Source: Macrostomum lignano
Taxonomy: Eukaryota
Length of the DNA: 64,000 nt
Assembly: GCA_002269645.1 (NCBI GenBank)
Contig: NIVC01000176.1
Location: 434,001 to 498,000 of the forward strand
Direction: 5' to 3'
This document shows, in pieces, positions 25,871 to 36,704 of this stretch (positions are counted from its first letter, which is position 1; every line of letters begins with the position of its first letter). A program made the translations under genes and the position numbers. The notes below the pieces were generated by a model. That model was not told the DNA's origin and ran no database searches. It worked only from the letters and a program-made list of their open reading frames with translations.

Positions 25871-27360
25871 TTTGCTTCTTTTGCGAATTGTTTTTCTTTT
25901 GCTTCACGATTTTCCCTGAACTGCTCTTTCTTTCGCTTTCCTCTTGCCTTTCTTGGTTCTTGTGTTTTTCTGTTTTTGGTTGACTCAATTTTGCGACTTA
26001 CCCCTGGTCAGCCACGATTTACGGTGGCCGGATCGGCCAGGTCGGCCAGCAGTTGCGCATGTATGTAGCTATTATAACAAACAAAACAAATGACGTGATT
26101 CTGCATGATGACTCATTTATCCCTCACCATTTAGTTAGCCATCCCATTCTGCTTGTTGTCTTTTTTTCATTTTTTTTAGAGGCAGGGGGTTGTGTGCACC
26201 CTGGCGCACTTTAAGCGACATAGGCACGCAACCGGCGAGAGGCATTACTGCCTATTCCACATTCCCTTGAGCAGGCATATAAGCACGCGGATACATTACG
26301 CAGGCACACACTCACATAGGAGTGTACAGTGGCCCTAACTTTATATTATCGTTAGGCATGTACACTTCACTGCGCCTTGGGGGGTTGGCTCTCAAGGCTG
26401 TTAATTGCACAAGCAAGCCAAGCCGAAATTCCAATTCAGCCCCAAATTAATATGGCTGCACTTGGAATCGAGCCTGGGTTGCGGCACACCAGAGCAGCTG
26501 CGCTACCGCTGGGCTACGGCCCCCCTTCTGCTTGTTGTCTAGTATATAGCTATCCCATTCTTATTATATACATTTTAATATTGGTTTAATGTCAATAAAA
26601 ACTAATCTATCAAACCAAAGTTTTATATACTTCCTGCCAATTGAATTCTTTAATGGCTTATCAAGTGACTATTCAGTAGCAATGATGCTGATCTTTTTAG
26701 AAAAGTAATAAAGTGTACCCTCTATTGGAATAAATGGATTAAAGGCATCAAACTATCTATTGCCATTTTGGAATTTTTTAATATCATGTCCCAGCTGGAG
26801 TTAAGACAGTTTGTGTTGCAGCTTGTTGTGGATTTATATAAACAACAGGAGTAACTATGTTTATCTTATTAAGGCCAAAGGCCTTGTTAGCTAATTAGTG
26901 CTGTCTACATTTGGTGCAAAAGTTAATATGTTCTGTTTTACATCACATTTTTTAGCTAGGCCCTATAACTTTAAACTTTAGACCCAATGTTAGGTGTCTG
27001 TCACATTCCAGATCATGTAGTATGTATACACCCAAAATTTGGTGTTAATAAGGGTCTATTACGCAATTTAAAAATGTCATTTATTGTCATAACATAAAAG
27101 GTCAGTTATTGTTGCAACACTGGCGTATTTTTGAAAATGGATGTGCACTAAATTTTTTTGGCATGTCTTTGTAATTATTCAATTTTTGTTTGGGCATGCG
27201 CCTAGTATAATCCAGACTATTAGGCTTCTGCAGATTTTCTACACTTAGTCCAATAAGGAGTATGCCTCTATACTAATCTATAAACTTCTAGCAATTTTAG
27301 CAAGTTATTAGAGATTTAGTATATTTGGATTGGACTATTGCCATATTACTTGCATCTTAC

Positions 27361-28348
27361 TGTTGTACCTGTGGTTGTCCTGCTGTACAGCGCAGTGACT
27401 TAGGCTTCGTCCTCTCACTTAGAAGCCTTCTTAACTTTAGTAGCGTAGGTAGTGCTGCCACCAGTTCCTTCAGGTCTCGGCCTTCGGTGAGGTGAGCTTC
27501 CCGTCGGAACGAAATAATGAAGTCAACGAACACAGCACGACGTGCAGATTTGCAGCTCAACGTATAAGGCGTCTCATCAGCAGTACCTGCCGGGCTAGGA
27601 TGGTAGAGGGAGGGCTGAGTTAGCCTCTCGTAGACTTGGGTTGACTTGGTCGGGTTTCAGTCGGAGCAGTAGGAATAGAGTCAATACTCGCAAAGGCTCG
27701 GACACTCGGGAATTTGGTCACACGCAGACGTAGAACTCGAGGTTGAACAGAAAGAAGACTCCTTGACGGAAACAAGGGGGAGAGAGCTCCTATTTATAGC
27801 CGGGAAACACCCACGCAGAAGACCTCGTGACTTGTTCTATTTTTAGAACTGACGTCACTCGAGAGTCTTGGGCAGGGTACAAGCGTGCGGAAGACCTCGT
27901 GACTTGTTCTATTTTTAGAACTGACGTCACTTGAGGTCCCCGGCCAGAGTACACGCGGCTGTGACTCAGTTGCTATTTTTAGCAACATGAGTCACTCCTC
28001 TCCTTAGGGAAGGGAGGGGTCCGAAAGCACGTGACTCACCCGGTAAACAGGGCCAACGAGTGCAGTAAACATGTTTACTGCACTTTAAGACACAAAGAAC
28101 GCAAGAACTGTCATGTGACTGGCTCACAAGACAGGGAAAACGGGACGGGAGCGAAACAGAGACAGCCCACAGCCGAGAGGCTGGGGGCTGAGAACGGAGA
28201 CGCAGAAGGCCAGAACAGGCCACGGGCAGCAGCAGACAAACGAAAGGGAGGGGCGGGAAGCTGACCAGCGGCAGACAGCAACCCAGGGCGGAGGCGAGGG
28301 AACAGCTGACAAGTGCGACGCCTAACCATAAACTAGCGGCTCACTACA
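27361..28348 (-). repeat. 3' LTR
   Basis: 988-bp direct repeat of 36705-37692; preceded on the sense strand by the PPT. Confidence 0.97.
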
Positions 28349-28360
28349 CTCTCCCCGTTC
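28349..28360 (-). promoter_or_regulatory. Polypurine tract
   Basis: GAACGGGGAGAG directly upstream of the 3' LTR on the element's sense strand. Confidence 0.8.
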
Positions 28361-28994
28361 AAATAAAGAGGCGGAGTGAAGGCGGAGCGCGCCTTTATTT
28401 AAAAAGGTAAACTGCAGAAAATAAAATTTTGATTGGCAAAGAGATGTTACACTGTCGGCGCAATGCACGATTCGGCTGGGTCAGGGCCTTGATTGACCCT
28501 AAACGCATTGCGGGGGCGTCGGCCCGCTCTGAGAAAGACGCCTAAATGCCGGGTTGCCTTCGAATAATAGCAGAGCCCGTGGGGGGAAGAAAAGGGGTTA
28601 CCGAGCAGGCAACGAGGACATTAAAAGAGAAGGCCACTAAGGGCTACAAACGCGCGGCTGGGCGAGGGCCGTATTGCTGCCCAAAAATTGCTGGCAAGAC
28701 ACGGAAAACCGGAAAAGAAAGGGGGGCGCCGGCCCCATCATAAGAAAGAGGCGCCTAAATAGATAAGTAGGTGGGTTGCGGGAGTCAAGTGCAGAGCCCA
28801 CAATTCGGCAAGAAAAAAAGGGGTCAAATGCGCCAGGAAGGCAAGAGGGACATGGCGATGGCGGGCAAGAGTCGCCCAAAACGCAGTGAAAGGCGCGGAC
28901 TGCGCCTGAACAAACGCAGGCAGCGCGGAAGAGGCAAGGGCGCTAAATTAGCGGGGCGCCAATTGTTTCACTAGGGCAGTTAGCGAGTCCGCAG

Positions 28995-29969
28995 TTATTC
29001 CGCTCCGGGTCCATCGCAGCGCCGTATGATGTCAGGTACTTCTGGGGTGCGGCCAGCGATGTGCTCCGCAATCAGCCGGGCTGCCGCTCGCGCCGCTTCA
29101 GGGTACGGCAGGTTGCGTAGCGTAGGTGCTGCCAGATGCGCGACCTCATCCATGAGACGCTGGCGGTCCTCGTCGCTAAGGGCTCTTACGGCGGCCCACC
29201 GAGGCCACGCGGCCAGGTTTGGTAGGATACCAAGCTGGGCTGCGGCTGTTAGTTGCTGGCCCAGGTAATAAATGGTTTCGATATAACGGGAGACCGCCGC
29301 TTGCACGTCCATCAGTGGAGGGTCCTGGCGCTGTGCCGCGGGCTCGGCGACGGCCGCGTCCTGGTCGGCCGTCGGGGGCTCCGGTGAGCTGGGCGGGGCT
29401 GCCGTCGCCGGGTAATCGGGGCCGACGAGAGCCTGGCGGAGGTCCGTGGCCAGGCCCGCCCAATCGGTAGTTTCGAGAGGCGCGTCCGCCTGACAGGCGG
29501 CTTCCGCTGTCGTAGGCGCCTCCGGTGGGCTGGACTCTGGGGTGGTCGGGAGCCTTGGGCCGTCATCGGTGGGCGGCGTGGCTGGTTCCACGCGAAGCTC
29601 CGGCCCGGCAATCCTAAAATCAAAGGGGTCATTGGCAACTGCCGTTTCCGCTTTAGGCTTCTGGTCCTTAGTGAGTGCCTCCGGTCGTAGCGCTGGCTGT
29701 ACAGCTGCCTGCACCGTTGCAGGCGCCTCGGGGACCGGGACCTCAGGTCGGGGCGGTTGTAGTTGTTGTCGCACCGCAGCAGTTCCTCGTGACACGGCCT
29801 TCTGGATGTCGACGTTATGTGCCACCTTCTCGCTCTTGAGGCGGCGCACGGGGTTGTCCGGCTGAGTGAGATCGATGAACATCGGTGGGGCAACCGCCGT
29901 GGCTCCGGTCGAGGCTTGCCCACTGGATGGCCGGGCGACGTCGCGAGCTTGATCGGTCTCGACTTGCAT
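28995..29969 (-). CDS. Extra 3' ORF of the retrotransposon, unknown function (324 aa from ATG; frame open back to 30281)
   Basis: Env position after pol; Pro/Ala/Thr-rich middle and an apparently helical ~100-aa C-terminus; no signal peptide or transmembrane segment visible. Confidence 0.55.
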   Translation of the reverse strand: MQVETDQARDVARPSSGQASTGATAVAPPMFIDLTQPDNPVRRLKSEKVAHNVDIQKAVSRGTAAVRQQLQPPRPEVPVPEAPATVQAAVQPALRPEALTKDQKPKAETAVANDPFDFRIAGPELRVEPATPPTDDGPRLPTTPESSPPEAPTTAEAACQADAPLETTDWAGLATDLRQALVGPDYPATAAPPSSPEPPTADQDAAVAEPAAQRQDPPLMDVQAAVSRYIETIYYLGQQLTAAAQLGILPNLAAWPRWAAVRALSDEDRQRLMDEVAHLAAPTLRNLPYPEAARAAARLIAEHIAGRTPEVPDIIRRCDGPGAE

Positions 29970-32900
29970 GCGGATTTCAGCCAGGCCGCGACTAACTCCG
30001 TCCTCGGGGTCTGTCTGGCGGCATCGAGCCCTGCGCCTCCGGCGCGATCGCCTGGACGGGCGCCTCTCAGGGGGCGGCGAACGGGTCCTAGATGGCGGTG
30101 ACGCGAGCCGGCTGCTGGCCCGGGATCCAATTCGATGCTGGAGGGCGCTGCGGGGTGCATCCTGCGGACCGCCGAAAGGCTCGTACTGGCCAGCGGCCGC
30201 GCCAATTGGTGGCCCCGGAAACTTGGGACCGAGGCGTCTCGGCGGCGAATCTGCCTTTGGCTTTCCTCGGAAGAGGAGCGCTCAGTGCGCTTCGTGGAGC
30301 GTTGCGAGTGCATTTCTGCGCTGAAATGCGTTTCAATTTGTGCGCGGATGCGGGCGGTGCGGCTATCATAAGTCTTAGCCCTAGGATTAATAATCAGCCT
30401 CTCAGGCTGCCTACGATTCCTAGCCGGCCTACCGGCATCTACCGTTCCTAATGACGCTTCCACCGGAGTGGTGCATAACGACGGCCCAGGGGTCTGGACC
30501 ACAGAAAAAGCAGCACTGGGGGCGGGAGCAGAAACGGGCGGAAAAGAAACAACAGGCGTAGACGCATCAAGAACAGGCTCATGCAAATGACATTCACCAT
30601 ACGGCACTGGCTCACGCCGAAGTGCACTTGCCTGGTTCGCTGGTGTCGTGACCGGTCCACCTCCTGGCTGCACCTCCGGGATCGCCAAAGGCCGGAAGTG
30701 CCATCGGAAGGCCGGCCTTGCGTCGTAGCCGTCATCATCATCATCGTCGGGGTCGTCCTGGTCGTCCTCGGGGATTGGCGTCAGGGTCGCGGGTCCTGCG
30801 CCGTCGGGGACGTCGGGCGGCCGCCGGCGTTTCTTCGGTTTGTCGACTTCAGGGTCCGAAGTCATCGTGTAGTCAGCGTCAGGCACGAGCAAAAGGTTCC
30901 GGCGATGGACGACTAGTTCGTCTCGTCTAGCTCTCGGGTTGGGCAGTCTCCGTCGAATCTTGTAGACAACCTCGCCCTTGGGCTCGACGACTTCGTATAG
31001 TGCTTTGCGCGGTCGATGAAACTTCGCCGCCTCGTCCGGTTCAAGCACCGGATTGTTGAGGAAGACCAGGTCGCCGGGTTGAAGCTTCTTGGCGGCGGGC
31101 AGGTTCGAATAGTGCTCGTCTCGCAGTTGCTGGTGCAGATGCAGGCGCTCCTTGGCTAGCTCAGTCGCCTCGTCCAGGCGACGTTGGAAGTCCTTGACGT
31201 AGTCGGGCAGGTCGGCGTACTCGGGCAGCTTCTTCAGCGCGTTGTCGATCGGGAGTCGGAAGTCACGGCCGAACACCAGGTAGTGAGGCGTGAAGCCGGT
31301 CACCGGGTGCACGCTAGAGCGGAGAGCCATCAGACAGGCCGGGAGGAAGGTATCCCAGTCGTTGTGGTTGCGCTCGAGCAGACAGGTGAGGACACTCTTC
31401 AGCTGTTTGTTGAGGTTCTCGACTTGTCCGTTGGAAGCTGGGTTGTATGGTGTTGTTGTCGTATGCCGAATGCCAAACAGGTCGCAGAACTTCTTGAAGG
31501 CCGAACCGGTGAAGTTGGTGCCTTGGTCGGTGTGGATCCAGCATGGTACACCGAACTCGGGGATGAAGCGCTCCTGCAGAAGCTTGATGACTGTTTTGGC
31601 TTTCTGGTTTCTCATCGGGTAGGCGAATGGATACTTCGATGTCGCATCGCACAAGGTCAGGATGTAGCGGTTGCCGCTCTTGCTTTTCTGTGCGATTGGT
31701 CCTACTACATCACAGTGGATTCTACCCAGAACTTCGCAAACTGGGAAGCTCTGGACCGGAACTCTCTCTCGCCGTCGCGATTTACTTTCAAGGCAGGTGC
31801 GGCACTTACTGATGAAGGTCTTGGTAGCACGGGCTAATCCGGGTCTCCAGAACCGTTCTCGTAGCCGCAGTAACGTCTTTGTCTCGCCGAGGTGTCCACA
31901 CAGTGGCGAACTGTGGAGCTCCTGGAGCACCTGGGCGTCAAGGGCCTCAGGCAGAACAACCTTTGGCGGCTGCTGGCCATCGGACAGGTCAATCAGCAGC
32001 AGGCCGTTGTCCTCCTGCAGGTTCTCGTAGTATCCGAGCAGGTTCCGCTGCTCCTTCATCAGGCGCAACCGGGCGTCGAACTCAGGCTTCGGGGCTTCGT
32101 CCTTGACCAGGTTGAGCACGTAGCTAATGGCTCGGTCAGCGCGCTGGGCTTCAACGAACTGTTGGCGAGTCATCGGCAGTTTCAGAAAATCAGTGAGCAC
32201 AGCGCGGCATGGCTGAGGGGTCATGACTCCCGCAGTCTCCGCTTTAATGGCTCCAGGTCGATCACACGGCACCGTCTTGTCGGCGTCAGGATTAGGTCGC
32301 TCCGAGGGACTTTGTCTCACAACGTCGGGGTACGTCCGTTGATCTCGAATCGAAGTTCTCTTCATCGCTCTCATGACAGAAGATTCCGCAGATGGAGCAG
32401 CGCGCATGCCTCCACTGCATAGCACAGGCGACTCTTGGCTGTAGGGCGGGACGCAACACGTGAAGCACGCCTCGTCGCAGGCAGCCGTAGCCGTCGGCTC
32501 GGTAGTCATCAAAATTGGGTGAGTCTTCTCCTGCACTGGGCGGTGTTGCAAAGGGGAACTCGACTTTCCGCACAGGCGATGAGCAGCTGTCTGTCGGCCC
32601 GGGGGACAGAGCTTCGACCTTGCAGCTGGCGCGAGATTCTGGCCTCTGTCAACACGGCGAGAAATCTCAGCAAAAGGCTCGGAAGGGCTGTAGTTAAATT
32701 GCTTGCCTGGAGTTGCGTTGCGGGCCGTCATCAGAAGGGCTGCTGGTGTGGTGGCCTTTGAATCTTGGTCCGTGGGCGTCTCCAGAATCCGAGACCTGAA
32801 GTCTTGGGCGTCGTCAAGGAGGCCTGTGTCCACAGTGGCCTCAAGGTCTTCGTCCAGGTTGGTCTCCAAGTTGCGGTAGGTGGCATGGGCATCGCGGCAG

Positions 32901-35587
32901 AGGGCTGTTGTCGCAGTGGCCTCTGAGTTGTCGTCCAGGCCGGTCTCCAGGCGTTGACTGCAGCGGTGGGCGTCGTGCTGGAAGGCGGCTGGCGTGGTGG
33001 CTTCCAGGTCTTCGTCCAGGTCAGTCTTGGCCTCCAAGCAGCGAGAGTGGACTGTCTTCTGGAGGGCTGCTCTGGCAGTGGCCTCGGGTGTCGGGTCCAA
33101 ATCCGGTTCCAGGTCGTGGTCGTCACCGGGTCGGGCGGTGGAACCAGGTTGCTCTAGCAGTCGGCCATGCTCGAAGAAGATCGGCGGGCCCTCCGGTCTT
33201 CTTGACAGGGCATCAGCGTTGGCGTGGTCCTTGCCTTTGCGGTGGTTGAGCTGGAAGCGGAACTCGCTTAGGCGCTCGATCCAGCGGCCTAAAATACCTG
33301 TGGCCTGAGTCTGGTTCAGTAACCACAGTATGGCTCGATGATCGGATCGAACTTCAAACTTCTTGCCGACTAAGTAATGACGGAAATGTCGCATAGCGTC
33401 CACAATTGCAAGCAGCTCTTTCTTCGTGACCGTGTAGCGCTTCTCAGGATCGCGAAGTTTACGGCTAAAGAATGCAATTGGACGTTCGACGCCGTCGGAT
33501 TGCAGTTGTCCAAGGCAAGCGCCTATTCGAATATCAGAGGCATCCGTGTCGAGGACAAACTTCACAGCAGGATCAGAATTAAATTCAGGCAGAGCGAGAA
33601 CTTCAGTAGAACACAATTTCTTCTTCAAAGTGTCGAACGCTACCTGATGCTCGGGAGTCCAATGCTGCCGCAGGCTGCCAATGTCCTTTCGCGTCAGGGC
33701 ATGCAGCGGCGCAGCCACTCCGCGTAGCCGTCGACAAACTTGTGGTAGTAATTGGCGAGGCCTAGGAATTGTCTCAGTTGAGTAACGGACTGTGGCACGG
33801 GCCAATCACGGATCTGCGCAATCTTGTCCTCACAGGTCTTCAGGCCGTCGGGAGTCACGACGTGACCTAAATAATGCAGCTCCTTGAGGAACAAATGACA
33901 TTTCTTCGGTTTCACTTTGAGGTTGGCTGCGATGATGCGCTGGAGTACAGTTCGCAAGTTATCCAGCTGTTCCTCGAAAGTCACTGAGTGCACCACGATG
34001 TCGTCCATGTAGCCAAGCGCAGTCTTTGGCGTCAGGCCGTCCAGGAGCTTATTGATGCAACGCTGAAAGCTGCCGGGACTATCGTGGAGACCCATCGGTA
34101 GAACGTTAAAACAGAATTGGCCGCGGTCGATTACTGAGAATGCCGTCAAGTGCTGGTCGCAGTCGCGCAGCGGGATCTGCCAGAATCCTTGAGCAAGGTC
34201 CAAGCTAGAATACCACTGAGCACCACGAAGCTTCGCGAAGGTTTCCTGGATGTGCGGGAGCGGATACGGGTGATACACACACCTGTCGTTGAGAGCTCTG
34301 AAGTCGTGGACTAGTCGGATGTTGCCGTCCTTCTTGGGCACGATGAGCATTGGCGAATTGTAGCTCGAGTAGGCAGGGCGAATGATGTGCTTCGCCAGCA
34401 TCTCGTCTAGCAGGGCGTCGAGTTTGTCCTTCAGATGAGGCGGGATTCGGCGCGGTGGTAGCGCGACTGGTGTCCGGTCCTTCAAGATGATCTCGTGGGT
34501 CACCAGGTGAGTCAGGCCGGCGTCTAGCGAGTGCTTGGAGAAGGCCGCTTGACATTCGACTAGTAGATCTCGCACTCTTTGGTGTTGTTCTTTGGACAAT
34601 TCGCTGTTGATCTCGACTTCCTCTAGCCATGCTGTGCTGGACTCTTCAGAGTTCTTCGGGAGGTGTCGCACTTCAGGTTCAGGCGTCTCGCTCAAGTACA
34701 TCAGGTCGGCAGTTCGGAGTGGCGTCGCAACACCAACACGGATACCGGCTTGCAGGAACACCTCGCTGTCGGCGGTGTTGACGACCTCAATGTAGCCGCG
34801 ACCTTCAGGCATCGTCATCAGAGCAGGCGCTGCTCCAGAGCGTTGCAGCTGGGATGCAGCCTCGACTTAACCAGCTCGACAATTGATGGCGATCCTCGAT
34901 TCTCGGAATGGCCGTCATCCAATCTGACGGGAAGCAGCGCTGAACTTCTGGCGGCAGGGTGCACTTCTCGGAGGTGTACACTCGGCAGGTTTGAAGCTCA
35001 CGACGCGAATAACGAACAGGGATGCACGTGCCATTGTTGAACGTTAGCATTCCTTGAGCGAAGTCCAAGTTCTGGCAGTGCTCTCGCATAAACGATACGC
35101 CAAGTAAATTTTCACAATCGGAGACCGTGACGAGGAATTCGGTGTCCGCGACGACATCACCGAACTCCACCGGAATGGTCACCTTACAAGCAAGTGGGAG
35201 CTGCGTCCCATCATACATAGTTACGCAATCGGGATTAGCATGCGATATAATACAACGAGGCATCCGGCGTCTAATAGCGGCCCAGGTTGACGAACCGAGG
35301 AAGTTTTTCCGGCTGCCGCTGTCTAGCAAGAAAGGGACCTCTCAACTCGCAACTCGACCTGTGACGTACGGATCGGCCTCACGCGCATGGATTTTTTGAT
35401 TCGGGGAGGTGTCCACGAAACCTCCACACTCAGCGTCGCTTACTGACGAGCGACTGTCGGACTGGGCATTGGCGCCTGCGCAGCCGACATCCTCTTCTTC
35501 TCGCGACCGTTCTGAGTCTGCCAAGTAGCCTGGGCTTGGACCTCGCGGAGGGCGGTGCCGTTGTCGCTCTCCGCCTGGCCGTTTCCC
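29312..35587 (-). pseudogene. pol: Pol (protease-RT-RNase H-integrase), interrupted in this sequence
   Basis: Protease LLDSGS, RT (LDLAQGFWQI, YMDDI), RNase H (LDTDASD, ELLAIV, SDH, ADALSR), integrase HHCC plus D,D35E (CDVVGP, TDQG, VENLN). In-frame TGA at 35342-35344; frame breaks near 34948, between 34818 and 34866, and near 33719. Confidence 0.92.
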
Positions 35588-36612
35588 TGGTTCTGGCGCA
35601 TCGGGCACTGGGTGTTGCGATGACCGGGCTGTCCGCAGCTATAGCAGATTATAGCTCTCTTTGGCGGGCTGGCTACCTGCTGTTGGTCACGCTGCACCAG
35701 GTGATCCAGCATTCGCTGCTGCTTCTGGATCAAGTCGGTTAGAGTCAGCAAGGCTTGGGCGGTGACGTCGGGCTTCGGGTCGCCGTCCTTCTCCCCGTCC
35801 AACATCCTAACCGGGGGTTGAGCGGTTCGTTGCGCCAATTCTTTGGCGCCTTCTAGTCGTCGTAGTTCTCGAATCGCAGCAAGAAGATTGTTCGGGCGGA
35901 CCCAGTACAGCCGTTCACGCAGGTCTGGAGTCGTCCGGATACCAGCAAGAAATTGATCAGCCATCTCCTTCTCGCGGTCTTCAGGATGCATTCGAGGATA
36001 CGCACGTTCACCAAGAGTTCTCAGGGCGTCAGCAAACTCTTCTGCTGACTCATTCTTGCCTTGTTGACGACGCCTCAACAGTTCTCGATACTCATCAGCA
36101 CCACCATGACGGGCAAATCGCTCTATCAGACGCTGCTTGACCTCCTCGTAGCTGGCAAAGCGCGGAAGATTCATACCAAGCAGGGCAGGATACGCAGTCG
36201 CTAAGTCAAGACTCGCGATGAGGTGTTGCTTCATCTCGAACGGGTCGACGATGCGCTCCATCTCGCAACGCTGCTCGAACGCGGCAAGCCAGACATGAAT
36301 GTCCTGACTTGGAGTATACTTCACAATCTTAACTTGTTTACTCACAGGCCGCTCCATCTGCTGCTGCAGAGCTGCCATCATGGTCCTCACGTCCTGGTGC
36401 GTGATGTTCCGGCCGATGTTGTCCAGGCCTTGCAGAAGCTCGTCTGGCGGGTCGTCGGACACGTCGCTTCTCGCACCTTGCCTCGGCGTTGGCTGCTAAC
36501 CAAAGTCGTTGATCGCTGCTGCTGCTGCGGCGTCCGTGGCCGCAGGCCTCGAGCTGCTGATGTGCTGATCCAGCCGGCTGCTGCACCGGCTCTCGTCTCG
36601 TTCGTTGAACAT
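35440..36612 (-). CDS. gag: Gag (38-aa first ORF, in-frame TAG at 36496-36498, then gag; second ATG at 36381)
   Basis: Capsid-like helical region (WLAAFEQRC, RQQGKNESAEEFADALR, DQFLAGI) and zinc knuckle CYSCGQPGHRNTQC; stop TAA at 35440. Confidence 0.9.
35581..35587 (-). promoter_or_regulatory. -1 ribosomal frameshift slippery heptamer G GGA AAC (gag-pol)
   Basis: X XXY YYZ in the gag frame; a -1 shift enters the frame leading to the protease; hairpin GCGGAGAGCG/CGCCCTCCGC (35574-35545) starts after a 6-nt spacer. Confidence 0.8.
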
Positions 36613-36683
36613 GTTGAACTCGTCGTAGTCGCTGGCCGAAGTCGTTCTCGAAAGAGCGGTTGGCTTGGGTGTGTCGTAGTCGG

Positions 36684-36703
36684 ATCCCACCGCTGCGTCA
36701 CCA
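36684..36703 (-). promoter_or_regulatory. Primer-binding site, tRNA-Leu-like
   Basis: TGGTGACGCAGCGGTGGGAT one base after the 5' LTR; complementary to the 3' end of metazoan tRNA-Leu (…ATCCCACCGCTGCCACCA) apart from a 2-nt insertion. Confidence 0.8.
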
Positions 36704-36704
36704 G

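Noticed and set aside
27356-27361. 5-bp TSD (TTACT)
   Set aside because: It would remove the terminal T of the canonical TG LTR end, which is present in both LTRs; a 4-bp TTAC duplication fits better.
28995-29969. Calling the 3' ORF env
   Set aside because: No signal peptide, transmembrane anchor or fusion-protein motifs visible.
35342-35344. TGA in the protease as programmed readthrough or selenocysteine
   Set aside because: Context TGA-GAG is not a known readthrough signal and no SECIS was recognised; a CGA to TGA transition or a base error is simpler.
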